Source: Amphiscolops sp. MND2022
Taxonomy: Eukaryota
DNA: 64,000 bases
Assembly: GCA_964187785.1 (NCBI GenBank)
Contig: OZ076418.1
Coordinates: 9,982,001-10,046,000 of the forward strand
Direction: 5' to 3'
A program made the translations under genes and the position numbers. The notes beneath the pieces were generated by a model that did not search any database, was not told the origin of the DNA, and worked only from the letters and a program-made list of their open reading frames with translations. Numbering within the stretch: position 1 is the first letter of the stretch; every line of letters starts with the position of its first letter. Positions 1 through 13,500 of the stretch are shown here, one piece after another.

Positions 1-1
1 T

Positions 2-94
2 GCACAAATACTAGGAAAGAATATTGAGGATGTGCTGAGGCTCAAACCTGGATACCAACAGATCCCACTAGAAGGAAGAAGGCAAGATAATTAG
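2..94 (+). CDS. possible terminal coding exon of a gene entering from the left edge
   Basis: Open frame from the edge to TAG (AQILGKNIEDVLRLKPGYQQIPLEGRRQDN*) with purine-rich, coding-like composition; no family recognised. Confidence 0.25.
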   Translation, partial: AQILGKNIEDVLRLKPGYQQIPLEGRRQDN

Positions 95-169
95 GATTTG
101 TGCAAAGTACTACTTTATCACCCAGCAAACTAACTACTTTTAGACTCAGTTTTTGCTTGGCTCATGGAA

Positions 170-447
170 AAAACCATTCCATATTTGTTAGTCGCTCTTT
201 TTCGTCAACCAATGAAATGCAATGATTGGTGACGTTATTCCAAATGTTTTTGCATTCGGTTATGTCATTGTGTCGCAATCATGACGTTATTTGAAGTCTG
301 CATTATTTTTAACAAAAACCATTCCACTTTTGTTAGTCGTTTTTTTCGTCAACCAATGAAATGTAATGATTGGTGACGTTATTCTAAATGTTTTGCATTT
401 GGTTACGTCATTGTGTCGCAATCATGACGTCATTTGGAGTCTGCGTT
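170..447. repeat. two tandem diverged copies of a ~135-bp unit
   Basis: AAAAACCATTCC..GTCAACCAATGAAATG.AATGATTGGTGACGTTATT..GTCGCAATCATGACGT at ~170-303 and ~314-447. Confidence 0.85.
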
Positions 448-519
448 ATGACCATATTTGGTTACTCACTCAACTCCCCCCCCCACCACGAATGCCACGT
501 ACTTCTACTACTGACATCG

Positions 520-832
520 CTGATTTTTTTTCGCTATACGCTAAACCGCTTATTTCAAAATCGCTATTTCGCTGAACAACTTTATTAAATGCTTGACTTC
601 AAGTATGTTTTCAATTGACTTAATTCAGCAAGACTAGAATTTTTATATTGTGTGGGATTTATAGCGGTAAGAGTTGGAATGTTTTGAAATTCATTTTGTA
701 ACCCCGTGTGTTTTCCGCGAAAATTTTGATTTTGGACGTTCTTTTAGTTTAAACCGCTAATAAAATCGCTGAAAAAATTCTGTCCTGCCGCCAATTCGCT
801 AAATGGCTAATTAGCGGTGTCAAAACTCTGAT
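520..832. repeat. interspersed repeat, same family as 24684-25090
   Basis: Shared blocks TTGACTTCAAGTAT, GACT.GAATTTTTATA, TTTTGAAATTCAT and the end AATTCGCTAAAT..GCGGTGTCAAAACTCTGAT. Confidence 0.7.
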
Positions 833-899
833 CCTCTATATCATCACCCTGTACTAATGACCGGATTTTAACTATACCTTTTCCATGTGAATTTCGCTG

Positions 900-1180
900 G
901 AATGAATGTCAATTCCGCCTGAACAAAATTGAAAATCGCCAACGTGCAACTCAACTTTGCCGAAAAGAGAATCAATTTTGCATGAACGAAATACATTTCC
1001 GCCGTAGCGAAACTCAATTTCACAAAAATTTGTTTCTAATTTGGCAAAAGTCATTTTCTTTTTGGCAAAGTTGAGTTTCATATTGGCGAAAAATTTTTCA
1101 CGAAAGCGAAATTGAAACGCGATCTTGTTTTTCATCTTGGCAAAGTTCAATTTCAGTTTGGCGAAATTGACATGGAAAAG
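900..1180. repeat. degenerate ~21-bp minisatellite (TTGGCAAAGTT.A.TTTCA type)
   Basis: Recurrent TTGGC(A/G)AAA motifs; translates as repeated NFAK in the spurious ORF 872-1213. Confidence 0.55.
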
Positions 1181-1298
1181 GTATAGTAATCCGTTGCAGT
1201 AAACAGCTGACATTAATCTAAAGTTGACCCACTACAAAGCTCCTCCAAAAACGCGACATATCGCTATCTCGTAAGGTCAAAGGTCAACAGGACTGGAA

Positions 1299-1540
1299 CT
1301 AAGTGAGAAACTTCAAACTGGCAATGAGGTCTCGCATTTGTTCTGGTACAAACAGCTTTGGGTCAACCGCACAATCCAACAGTTCCAGTTTTTCGAAAGA
1401 ACTTTTGGACAGAATCATGATTTGAAGCGTGTCCCAGTTTGCTAGTTTGAGAACCGCCACATGTTGAAAAGCAGCTTTGGCAGCTCGAAGAAGTTGGCGA
1501 CTGTATTCGACCGATTCTGAATCGTCGTCTGGAAGTTTGA
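1299..1540 (-). CDS. METTL13: METTL13 exon 7 (terminal)
   Basis: Acceptor gcccaag| continues phase 1. QLLRAAKAAFQHVAVLKL..LQIMIL..MRDLIASLKFLT* resembles VLAGLKAVFPLLYV..NEILF..LSDMLKTVKIV*. Confidence 0.75.
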
Positions 1541-4500
1541 CTTGGGCCAAGACAGGGATGAGTGAGAAATATCATTGAATTTTATGCCCTACCTTTAATA
1601 CATTGCATTTGAGTTTCTTTCTATGAAATGTCCTGTTCAATAAGGTTTGTTTTGTTGAAAAAGCGTCTGAATGAACAAAAACGAATTTTTTCAAATTGTC
1701 AGGGCTTTCGAAATTTGAACTAAAATAAGTTAGAAACGAAATCAGCAGTAAAATGCAGTTTCTAAGTTTTTTCAGATTTTCCACAGAAATGTTTGTAATC
1801 AACAATAAAAATTAATTTTTAATAAGTTTTAATAATAATTTTTAATAATTATCAAACTTTTAGTCTTCAAAGATTTTGGTCTTCTTAAATCGAGTCCAAA
1901 TTAATTTTTACAATCACAGGTCCAATTCAATTATTACAGTATGGTATATCATGATATACAATAGTGCAAGAAAAGAACGGAACCCTTATTTGTAAGAAAT
2001 GTGGACTGCATGTGAACAAAGCTAGCATTTTGCATGGCGATTTCATTCAATCTGTATTTTATTCATAAATTTGAGGGACTGAAAAGACAAAATGAATGTT
2101 TAAGATGATCGGAAAATGAAATTAGGAAGTTTCTTTACTATTTGCAAACCTAAACTTCAAGATCCCAACAAAACTTCAAGAACGCTTGTTTATTTGCTTT
2201 TCAAACACAGAGGCCGTGCTTCGCAAACACTAGCGAACTTTTGAAGAGAATCAAATGAGCAGTATCATACGGAGAACCAAGGGTAAAATGACAATTTTGT
2301 TAAAATGTCATCAATTTTACAGTGCCAAAAATACCCAAAGAGATACGCATAAGACTCGAAAACCATTTTCCCCCAGCTAGAAACAGCAAAAAACCCTTAT
2401 TCTCAACCGAAAACCTTTCAAAAAACAAAAAACATTGAGGAATTTTTTTTCGAATTTTTTTGAATGAAGGTCCCCGGTAGGTCACATAGTCCCGAAAACC
2501 CTGATGAGTCCTTTATGCTCGCAAAACGTTTCGTTTCTAGTAAAATTTGAGGGGGCTTCGATGAAAACAAATTAGAAAAAAGTCGCATAGAAAAAACGCC
2601 TGTCTTTAAAAAAAAAACAAAAATCGGGTATAGCGTGTTGGTCTTGAAAAACCCAATTTAAAGCGGAAATTATTCATTTTGAAAAATCTCACAATGCCGA
2701 AAACTGTAAAAGGGGAAACTCTTCGATATTTCATAAGATCCATTCTGTTGCAAAATATCAAAAAATTGAAGGGGGACCCTTTGGAGACTTTACAAAAATT
2801 TCGAAAAAAAAAGAGAATTTCGAACGGTCTCATAGTGCCGAAAAATCTAAAAGAGACCCTCTGGGATTTTTTAACATTCGTTCTGTTAGAAAATATCAAA
2901 AAAATTGAAAAGAGGACCCTTTGAGGACATTATAAAATTTTCGAAAAAAGTCTCACAAAGCCGAAAGGGGGAACTCTCATAGTGCTGAAAAAGGTGGAAA
3001 CCTTCTGCTTCGGAATGCTTGTAAAAAAATTAGCGCATACGCACCGGTTCGAACACGAACCTTCTGGGTTGAAAAGCAAGCATCTTACCACCAGACCACG
3101 AACGCCTGAACTAACTGTGCGGGATGAAACGAGTAGTGGCGCGGAAAAAAAGCTTCCGCACTTTCCCATTACACTTGCTTATCGCAAGTGTAATAACTTG
3201 GATTATAGCATATTAACTGATAGCAGAAATCAGGCCTAGTTTTGTTTTGGTTCGATTCTTTTGTTTTACAAATAAAGGTTCAGTTTATTTCTTACACTAT
3301 TGTATATCGGATCTATCGTATTTTTTCAGCCTTTTCAGATCAGATTGCCTCGCGTGAAAGATATTATCTGGAAGTAATTCAATGAAGTGAATGACTTTCA
3401 TGCTTTATATTTTTAGTCGGCGCCTTTTCCCTTGAGGAAAAAAGCCAGACTATTACAGTGGGTAGTTTTTTTTCAGCCTACAATCTCACTCTGAATGGTC
3501 CACTTTTCTTACAATTCTCACAATTTTTTACAATTCTTACTTAGCTTACGAAGTAGTATTTTTACATCATCTAAGAAACTCAACAGGGCCAAAGGGTACT
3601 CCATTAGAGTATTTTCGGCTCTGTGAGTCTTTTTTTCGAAAAAAAATTTCCTAAAGAGTTCCCCCTTCAATTTTTTGATATTTTCCGACAGAATGGATGT
3701 TGAAAAATCCCAAAGGGTCGGTCCCCCTTTCAGTTTTTTCGGCATCGTGACTTTTTTTCATTTTTTAAATAAAAGGGTCCCCAATTCACGAATATTTTGA
3801 CATTTTGAAGTCCTTTTGCTATTTTTGAGCCTTAGCGCTTACTTGGGCCGTTCCCGGCATTTTGTTACATTTTTGTAAAATGGAATATTTGGCAAAAATT
3901 GAAAAAGCATTGTGCATAACACGTTTTCCACGGCAGTTTTCTCCAAGCGCAAAAAACAGTATATTTAAAAAAAAACATATTAAAAACAATTTTCGTGAAA
4001 AAACTATAATTAAAAACCCTGGAAAATTGAATCAGTGGAATTTTAATGGATGGAAGTTTCCTAGAGAATTTTATAAAATCATGAAAAATTAGCTTGGTAA
4101 CCTGTAAAAATTTGTAAAAAGTTGAAGCAGTTTCAACAGGGGAATAAATAGCACCGTCAGCCAAATAACATGGCACTTCTTCCTGACACCTAATGAGGAT
4201 GTCACGTGATTCTACTGGTTAACGACCTAATTGCTTCTATATCTACTTTAGCCATAGTACTAGCGAGTACAGGCTTCAAAATTTTTCACTCGAATCTGTC
4301 TGAAGAAGTCTCCTCTCTAGCACAAAGATGTTAATGTCTACAGCTATCAATTATATTTTAGAGACTTTTACTTTTCTAAATCGTGGTTATAACCAAAAAT
4401 ATCTTTCAACATTCAATTCAGCATGAATTTACGCTTTTTGGCAAATACCTCGATTTTTTAATATAGCATTCCATTTTTCAACTTTATTTGAATTGACCCC

Positions 4501-7500
4501 TAACTTTGCAATATGAAAAGAATAAATTATATGCTTTTAACTATATTAAAACAACGTACCAGGTATGTTGTGGTACAGCAGTGACACAGGACGGAGTAGC
4601 GATTGTGTAGCGAAAATGCGAACATTGGTGGTTACTTCCGCTACCTTCTTCTCTGACAAATCTTCACTGACTAAAGCTCTCCATTAACCCTCGTTTATTA
4701 GCCATGCTTCCGTAACTAAATAACTTCATTAGGTATATGTCAAAAGATGTCGTGGGATTGAAGCAAGAAATTTACTTTGAAAATGATTGAATCAAAAATT
4801 TTTTGAAATCAAATACCGTTTTTATTCAAAAAAAATAAAATATCATATTGAAAATACAAAAAAAGAGCAAAAAAACAACGAAAATATCCGATATTTTTGA
4901 TATTTAAATAAATATCGGATGTTTTCCCAACCCTGGGCAAAGACGCATCCGGTGGGAAGAATGCATTTAGAAGTCTTTTGCAGCTGAGAAGCGAAGAATT
5001 GAACAGAACTTGCAAGTTGCTGCTGATCGGGATTCTCGGTGGTGCTAGTAACTTCGGATGTCTCCAAGTTCGATAGAACGATGATGTCAACTTTTCGTCT
5101 AAACACGGAAATAACATTTAACTAATATCAAATAAATGATTATTATTATTATTATTATTACTACAGTCAAACTCGGGTAAAAGAAACTCACGGGGTGGTA
5201 AGAAAAGAGTTTCTTCCATCCACAGTTTCTTTTATCAGTTGTCCTATTAACGTAGAAATTAAAAGTCTTGCATAAAAGCGGAGGAGTGAAAACGTTTCTT
5301 ATACATGTATCCTAACGTTTCTTTTATCCGAGTTCGACTGTATTACACACGAACAAACAAACGAATTAGTTGTGACTATATTGAAGGGAAGATAAATTAA
5401 CACAAAAATGGGGAACATAATCAACCCTAATTGACCTAGACGTTTTTGCCATTTTTCGAAAAGTGAATAAACACACGCCTGTAATCATTTATTTTATATT
5501 AAAAACGAACAATACGTCACTGCAAGTTTTCCATCAATGTCGCTCAATACTGATTATCACCCGATGGGCGTCTCCCGATTTTTGGATTCATTCGGAAAAC
5601 CACGCCCCCAACTGGTACAAAAAGGGTTATCTTTCCCCGCGCATTTTCCTTTCTCTTCAGTCCGCCAAAAGTGATGTTGATAAGAACTGCAACGCCCAAT
5701 GCTGATGATAATCTCTATTCAAAAAATTCTCTCATTTCGTGATAACGATTTCAACATGATACCGAGAAATTTAATAAAATCTACGAAAATTGATTGTTTC
5801 AAAACATTTTTCATTGATTGAAACTAAAAAGTCCAAGTTTTGCACAGAAGATACGTTTCGACAAGACATTTTGAACAGACGACTCATGTCACGGAGGCTA
5901 CCATGCAACACAACAGGGTCTTATGAGGGTGTTTTTAGTCGGCGCAATTTCCCTTAAGAAAAAAGCCCGACTATTACGAAGACCACTTTTTGGTCAGATA
6001 ACAGAATGAATGCGTAGTGGACACTTTTTACAGAAACTACTAAACTACTGTACCGACCAGCGAAAAACACTATGCATAAAGTTAGTGCAAAGGGCCTCCT
6101 CTCACTTTCATACGTAACATACAAAACCGAACGAGATAAAGGGTCCCCCTTTCAATATATGTTCGGCACTGTGAGATTTTTTTGAATTTTTTTAAATGTC
6201 TTCAAGCGGAACACCTTTCAATTTTTCGATATTTTGCAACGAAATGGATGTTAAAAAACCCAAAGGGTCCCCCTTTTTTATTTTCGGCACTGTGAGGCCT
6301 GAAATTAGGTTTTCTCAATATATAACCACCGAAAAAAATTTTAATACTGTCCGAATTTTGGAGGTGGAGGTTCGAAAAAAAGCGCTCCCATTTGTCCCAT
6401 CTGAAGCGTTTACCGAGCACGAAAAGCACCCTTTGGATGTTTTGAAACTGTTTTGAGTTTTCATAAAAACGTCCTGAGCATATTTTGAAAACTTTGCGCT
6501 TTTTGAGCCTTATGTAAAGCACCGACTTTAGAATTCCCGTCTTGTTACTGGGTGAAATGCAAAACAAAATCAGCCACTTCGGGGTTCACCATTATTTCCG
6601 TAAGTGCAAAATATTGCAAATCAATTCATAAAAATTACATCTATGAAAATTTCCGGATGTTTATCTTACAATACAAGCAATGTTTCTGTGATATAGTGCA
6701 ATAATTCGTATATTTTCCTCAACTTGCTAAGGTTTTCAATATTTTTATGGGAACGTTATTGACACTGTAAGGAGGCTTGGCAGCTTGCAGCATATGTGAC
6801 ACCCTAATTTTTTTAACATGGCCTGGCATCAGTACGAACGGTCTTATTTTAACCTTCAAAATTGAAACAGACTTTTCATAGAACCAAACAGTACCTTCTC
6901 GGCGGAAAAAGACGTGCATTCATTTCAAACTGACAAGAATCAGGCTACTCAAAAAAGAGGAGATGTCCTTGACTACAAGCTGTCCAAAGAAACTGCGGTT
7001 TCTATTTGGAAATCAGATAGTATTCGAAACCTCAATAATTGAAAACAAGCCGGGAACGGCAAAAGCTACAACTACGCCTACTAGAGAAATGAACTATGGC
7101 GCGTTTGAAAGGTCTGATACTGGGCTTTTATTTTGGTTATATCAATCAATCTCGCCGCGCGGCACATTCTTCATAATTTCAGTTTTATTTCCCGGTACCA
7201 CCGCTTAGCGGGGGCTTGTACTAACAACAGTAAATTATTGGTTTCATTGCACAAGATCTTGTTGTGAACGGGTTGCTTTTCTTTATGGGTCAAAGACGTT
7301 TGAAAAATTGGATTTTGCCAGAAAAGGAATTCTGGAAAAGTACAGCCTTGTTTTTGCAAGAAAACACCATTTTGCCCAATACAGTCAACTCCGACTAAGT
7401 CGTATGCGGATAATTTGGATCTTGGTTTAATTCGTATGTATCCGATACCCCCATTTCGCGACGGCCAAAGTCATGTCATCCGGTTAATTAGTATATCTCA

Positions 7501-10500
7501 TTATTCGTACTATTTTATTCTGTCTCTAGCGATACGAATTAGGCGGATTCAACTGTACTTGCTCCGTTCAGACCGAGCACGGTACCAACAAATCGTTAAA
7601 CAAAAACTGTGCCGAAGATTATGGGCTACTGGCGAAACGAATCAGAAGTTGAAACAAATGTACGCTCCTTTAAAGTACCGCTATGCTATTTAGGGTGAAA
7701 GGTACTTCAAAGCGTCAATGAAACTTTCTAAAAATTCTCAATCTCACTGCCAAAAACGTGAAAGGGCCTAGAAAGGCCTTTGGTCCTAATAAAGGTTTCC
7801 TCGAACATCGAAGAACCAAAGCGACAACGCTTCTGTAAAATGAAAATGCTCCCGAAAAGTCGCACACTGCCAAAAAAACCAAAGGGGAACACTTTTGGTA
7901 AATTGATTTTTTGGGAAAAAGTCGCACAGTTCCCAAAATGGCATTTGAATTCCGTATGTCTTCGAATACAGGCCGCGGCTTGTAAGTTTTTGAGTAGTGA
8001 TTTCGCGGCCTAAATTCGACGAAATATGGTAAGCTATGGCTTTCAAAATCAAATTTTCAGGCTTAATGCGGCTTTCTTCTAACCGGGGCAGCTTCTAATC
8101 GAAGAAATACGGTAAGCACCAACTAAACATCGTCCCCCTATGCGCTAAGCGTGTTTAACAACCAATCAGAATTGCGTATTTGCTCTCACTTTCAATTCTG
8201 ATTGGCACATCAAGTGAAATGTCCGGCGCAGAAAGAACACTTCTGCTATTTTCCCAGTTTTGGGCAGATTTTGGAATATTTTTCTGAAACTTTTAAATTT
8301 ATCGAATTCTGCAGATTGTATAGAATTCATTGAAATATTTTTTGTTTCAAAAACATTCTAAATGGAAAAATAATCGCAGTTTTCCGGCGCGAAACGTTAT
8401 TTCCTATCTTAATACATGTAAATCGACGAAATTTTATCTTTCGAGCATGGTATTTCAAAAACGGCTGAAAATTTTCGAAATATAAAAATACCCATAAATT
8501 TGGTAGATTTGTGCGAGTTATTTGAGCATAAAACTTGCTAAAAAAACTGTGGATAAAACGGTCAAAAATTGGTAAAACGGAAAAAGCCCCAAATTTGCTC
8601 AAAATCAGCTAATTGTAACTTTCCCAATTTTTGTCCCAGAAAAATTTAAAAAACACTAATGTAAACTAGATGAAATTCTAAAAAACTTTGATTTCTTATG
8701 TTTTTCAAAATTCTCAACAGATTTCGAGAAAATCGAGCCTAAAATCGCCCCGGGGGACGTTTTCTTATTCACAGTACTGTATTCATGCTCCTTCGGAGTT
8801 TTAAAGCAGGAATCTTCATGTGGTATTTCTTGAATGGCTTTTATGTTGTAGACTATTGATTACACACAGGTTTAGGGTTTGCATATTTCATAGGCCATAA
8901 CATATACACGAAAGTTTATACACACATTTTCAGGTTGAATTTACAAAAACTCCACCTTTAGCTTCTACTAGGGGGAGGAGGGGTTGCTTGGTGTAGAAAT
9001 TTTTTCTTCATAATTTCTCCTCTCACGTCCGAAGTCCACAGAACGGCCGGTTATCACACAAGTTGCAAAGAAACCTGTCTATTTGACACAGAAGTGATTT
9101 TGTGATGGTTCCTCTAAAGACAGCCCTCTCAATTAAAAGGCGTGGTTTACAGGCAAATTTCACGTGGAAAATGAGCATTCGGGGTGTTTTAATTTATCTG
9201 CCCAAGAAAACCGCCCGTCAATCGAGAGGCAAAATCCACAGAAATGCAAATTTCACAAGATAGGTGTTATGAGAGGAAAACCAAGCAGACGACGGGAAGT
9301 GTATATCACAGAATGCCCGCCCCGGCTGCAAAGAATGTCAGACTAATGACGTAACAGGGACTACTTCTTATACTGGGGAAGCGATTGCGAAGTTAGTTAT
9401 AGCGAAAGGCGGGGTTGTATCTGATCCGTTATTTGGCAAATCTTGAAAATTTCATGGCATTTCATTTCAGTTTCGCTACATGCACTTTATGGATTATTTT
9501 ATTCAAGAAATTCAGGTCGAATTGCATGAAGTTATATATGGATAAGACCATTTTTTCACAGAATTTTTAGAAATACCCGAAAGGACAGAGAATTAAATTT
9601 ACCAAATGTCTGAACACCTGATTTTTCAAGATTTATATCAAGTCAGCAGAGTGTAAAAACTTCCGGGAATAAATTTCGGGATTGCTGTGAACAGTAGAAT
9701 TATTCAGGATATAATAACTGAAAAAATTGCGTAGAATCTCATGGCGACTTGATTTTTTCTAAGCTCGAAAGAGGTGAAAAATTCGTTGAAAGTACACTGA
9801 GACTGAAGTGTTTCAAGTACAGGAGCGACGTGCCACTACTTGACCAGCGGTATATTTTGACGGAGGTCGAGAAGGAGCCTAAAACGCCCCGAAAGAAGGA
9901 AATCCGACTCATACAACCAGTTTTAATTCTTCTTGAAATTATCCTTGTCGAGCCCGCTTTAGGCTACAATCCCCGTCAAATAAAAATTAATAAAACATCT
10001 GAAATAACTGTACACTCCTGTTAATTCGTTATATAGCGTACAATTGCTTCAAGTGCTTCTCCGTGAAATTCTTTGATAAATTCCATTGCCAGTTTGAGCT
10101 CACTTTGAGCTAGTTGTTGTCCACTATACTTAGGATGGAGCACATTGGCAGCATTCCAAACATCCAAAACCGCATTGTTATACCTTGTTTCAGCTAACAA
10201 CAACCACTCACGTTGCTCAGAATTTCTGAATTTGTTAGGTAGATTTTTCCACATTTCCACACCATCTGCAATGGATACAGAGTCAGCTTGCATAGCGTCA
10301 AGAGCAACACCAACAGGTTCTAAACATTGTAGGGCTTCTTCAGCTTGTTGGAATACTGTCAAGTCGCGAATAAATTTGGCACATGTCTTTTCCTGTCCAT
10401 TGAAATATTCTTGGTGTTCCTCAACAATTTTTCGAAGTTTCTGCCAGCCATTGACAAACCACTCTAGGACCACAACTGATGAGTTCCAACGTACAGCACT

Positions 10501-13500
10501 CGGCAACTGGGGTTTGGTCTGTTTTTTTCCTGTAGCCATGCCCTTGGTTGGTGGCAATTGTGGGAAAGCTTTGCTATGTCTACGACACGATTCACGATTT
10601 GATTGGGAGTTTGGCTGTTTTCACTACAAATTTTTCTATCTTGATTTGTTTTCTTGGGGTCGGCGTCTCTTCATCTTTTGCAACGTGATATTTGTTGAAA
10701 CGTGGTTCGCATACGTTCAACTAAAGCGGCAGACTCCGAACCGCATTCAAGACATTTTGCCTTGTTCCCGTCTTTCCGCTCAAAATGTTCTCAAATAGGG
10801 TCAAGAGGACGCCCTTTATTCATTTCGTTTGAAAAAGAATATTCACTGTTTTAAAACATTACTGAAATTTGACCTTATTTTAAAACTTTTAAAACAGTGT
10901 TTTAAAACTGTTTTAAAACATGCCAACACTGCTGTAATCACTGCCACTTCACTTACTATAAGATTCGCCTTTGATTTTTCTCGGACGATGAGTTTTGTTA
11001 CTCGTACAAACGAAAATACAACTACAGTTAAATCCGACACGTTAGTAAATCGACGCGTCAACAATCCGACAGTAGATATAATAGCTAGTGAAAACTTGGA
11101 ATGAACACTTTTGGACCAATCAGATAATTAGTGTCGACTTCTCGACTCCATTTTCAATTGTCGGTTTGATGGGGTGTAGACTTGCTGCGCGCGTCTCTTC
11201 GCATTCGCATTTGAATGCATGAGAAGCTCTCATCCAACGATTAACTAGCAAACACCCGTTCGCTTCTTCATGTCGATTGAATGGTCTCTCCTAACTGCTA
11301 AGAGAACAATTTGGAGGACGATACAATCAGGTCGGGAAAATACTGGTTGTCAACAAGTTACAACAAAATTGACAAACTTTGTACATCCCAGGGCTCGGAT
11401 CATCAAGAAGCATTTGAGATTCAAAAATTCGATACAAAACATAGCAAAAGAATCAAACTAGAAACAAATTTTCATTTCTGTCGAAAAAATGTTCAAAGCA
11501 AAAACCTATTCACAATTTCAAACCCAAAAGACAACCTACTTACTTCGGACTTTCGGCCAAGTCTGCCAAAACTGTGTTGCAATCAGCCAAAACACTTCTG
11601 AGATTCTCTTTGTCTTCTCTGAACTCGAAGTGAGTCTCGGCTGAATTCAAGAGCACAACATGCGGTTGAACCCATGAGACAGCGCACTTCTTCTTGAGGA
11701 AGTTGTTGAGAAAAAGCACCAAGGGTAAACTAGTGAACCCGAAGACGTGAATTGCAAAAAGGTGGCTGTTTATGTCAAGTTTCAAATGCAGGCTCAAAAC
11801 CATCAATGCAGTTAGTCTATCAATAGCCGAACACAACTCATTTTTCAAAACTTTGCCACTCGAAAGGTCAACGTTCGATTTCATTATATGAGAGCTGAAT
11901 GGGTCTTTGTGAAAAACAATGCGACGAGATAACTTTGATTTCTGTTCATATTGGATGACTGAGAATTCCGATTGGTTGAGTTTCGAAGCTGAGGTAGAGA
12001 GAATTTGTGGAGATGAGTTGAAAGAGTCTTCTCCGATTGATAGAAATGGAGTCTTGTGGCTTTCACTGAGATCCGGAGGCGCGAAAGCCATGACACTGCT
12101 GCTTAGTTCAGACTAAAATAAAATCGAAGGTGCCGGTTCGAATCCCACCAAGTTGTATTTTTTTTCGGAAAATATAGATGAAGTTTATAACCCTCCTCAA
12201 AACAGTTAGTCACTCACAAACCATTAAACTTTCACAAAATCTAATTCCATGATTATCATTTTTCCCGTGTACAGACAAAAGCGCCCATTTTACATAGTCA
12301 TAAGCGCCTCAATACAAAGCGCCTCGCTATTTTTTAGCTGATTTCATAGCCTCTAGTAAAATCTAATTGAAGGTGTGCAAACAAAATAAAAATAGGCCCC
12401 TCCGGAGCTCAGGACTATTTCTGCTTTAATCTTTCATTAATAATAGAATCTTATCTGGAATACCAATACACTTCTGGTTAATCATTATTTAGCGCACAAT
12501 TAATCACTGTACAAGTTTACACCGTCTTTAATTCTTCTCGGACTAAAGAAAATATGTATAACTACTAAGCGTAGACGAAGTTTCGCATTCGCATTTGAAT
12601 GCAAGCGAAGCTCTCAACGAACGAATGATTAACACTCATTCGCTTCATCTCAATGACGACAGCGTACGAATGCATAATTACCACTAGCTCGTTCCATCGC
12701 ACGAGTATTGAAAGGTCATCGGTAGCTTGAGAAATTTAATTCTCACGCTTACAAGTCACTGCCGAACAAATATCTGAATTATTCAGTATCGTGCGAAAAA
12801 TTGTACTGAAAAAAGTAGACAAGTTGAGATTTCAATAACATTCCTGCTATCGCAGAAATAATAATTCACTGGTGGTGGCTGGCATGTTTTGACATTTTCA
12901 CACCTAATAAACTCTAATGGTGGTAACCCATTTTTACTACCAGTGGTAACCCATTTTTTCTAGCATCTCACAAGCAAGACACTGGATCCCTGATATGAGA
13001 AACCCGCTTACAAGAGATACCGTTTCTAGTCAATGCGTATCTTGGCCCCGACTGTCAATTTGTTCCCTTTTAAAACCCGCATATAAGAAAATTCGATTGT
13101 AAGAAACACTACTAGTCGTTGCCCTGACGTTGATTATATCCAGGATTCACTTTCAAAATTGCTCTTTTGCTGAAAACCTTTTTCTTCAAACTATTTAATG
13201 TTTGAATTCATGTATGTTGCAAAATTCAATGATAACTTTATTTAGTTGTTGCAAAAAAAAACTAGAATTTCTCATACTGTGTCGGTTTTACAAGTGTAAG
13301 AGATACCTTTCAGCTGAACACTTCTGGTACTAGTTGAAACAAGCCGGGAACGGCCCAAGTCGGCGCCATATCTAAGGCTCAAAAATAGCAAAAGGACTTC
13401 AAAGTGTCAAGTATTCTCTTCTACAGTACCCGCGTGAGGAAAAATTTTAAAAAATCCGAATTTTTTTGAATTTTTTTTTCAAATTTTTTTGGTCTCCGGT

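Noticed and set aside
2300-3239. Many 60-135 aa Lys/Phe-rich ORFs (also 13.4-13.8, 18.6-19.3 and 28-29.6 kb)
   Set aside because: They are translations of the AT-rich modular repeat family, in all frames and both strands, with no domain motifs.
9050-9420. GC-richer island in METTL13 intron 5 as a missing exon or ncRNA
   Set aside because: The gene model is complete and in phase without it, and no ORF motif or RNA structure was recognised.
10145-10798. 217-aa plus-strand ORF
   Set aside because: Antisense shadow of the hAT transposase relic; no recognisable domain.
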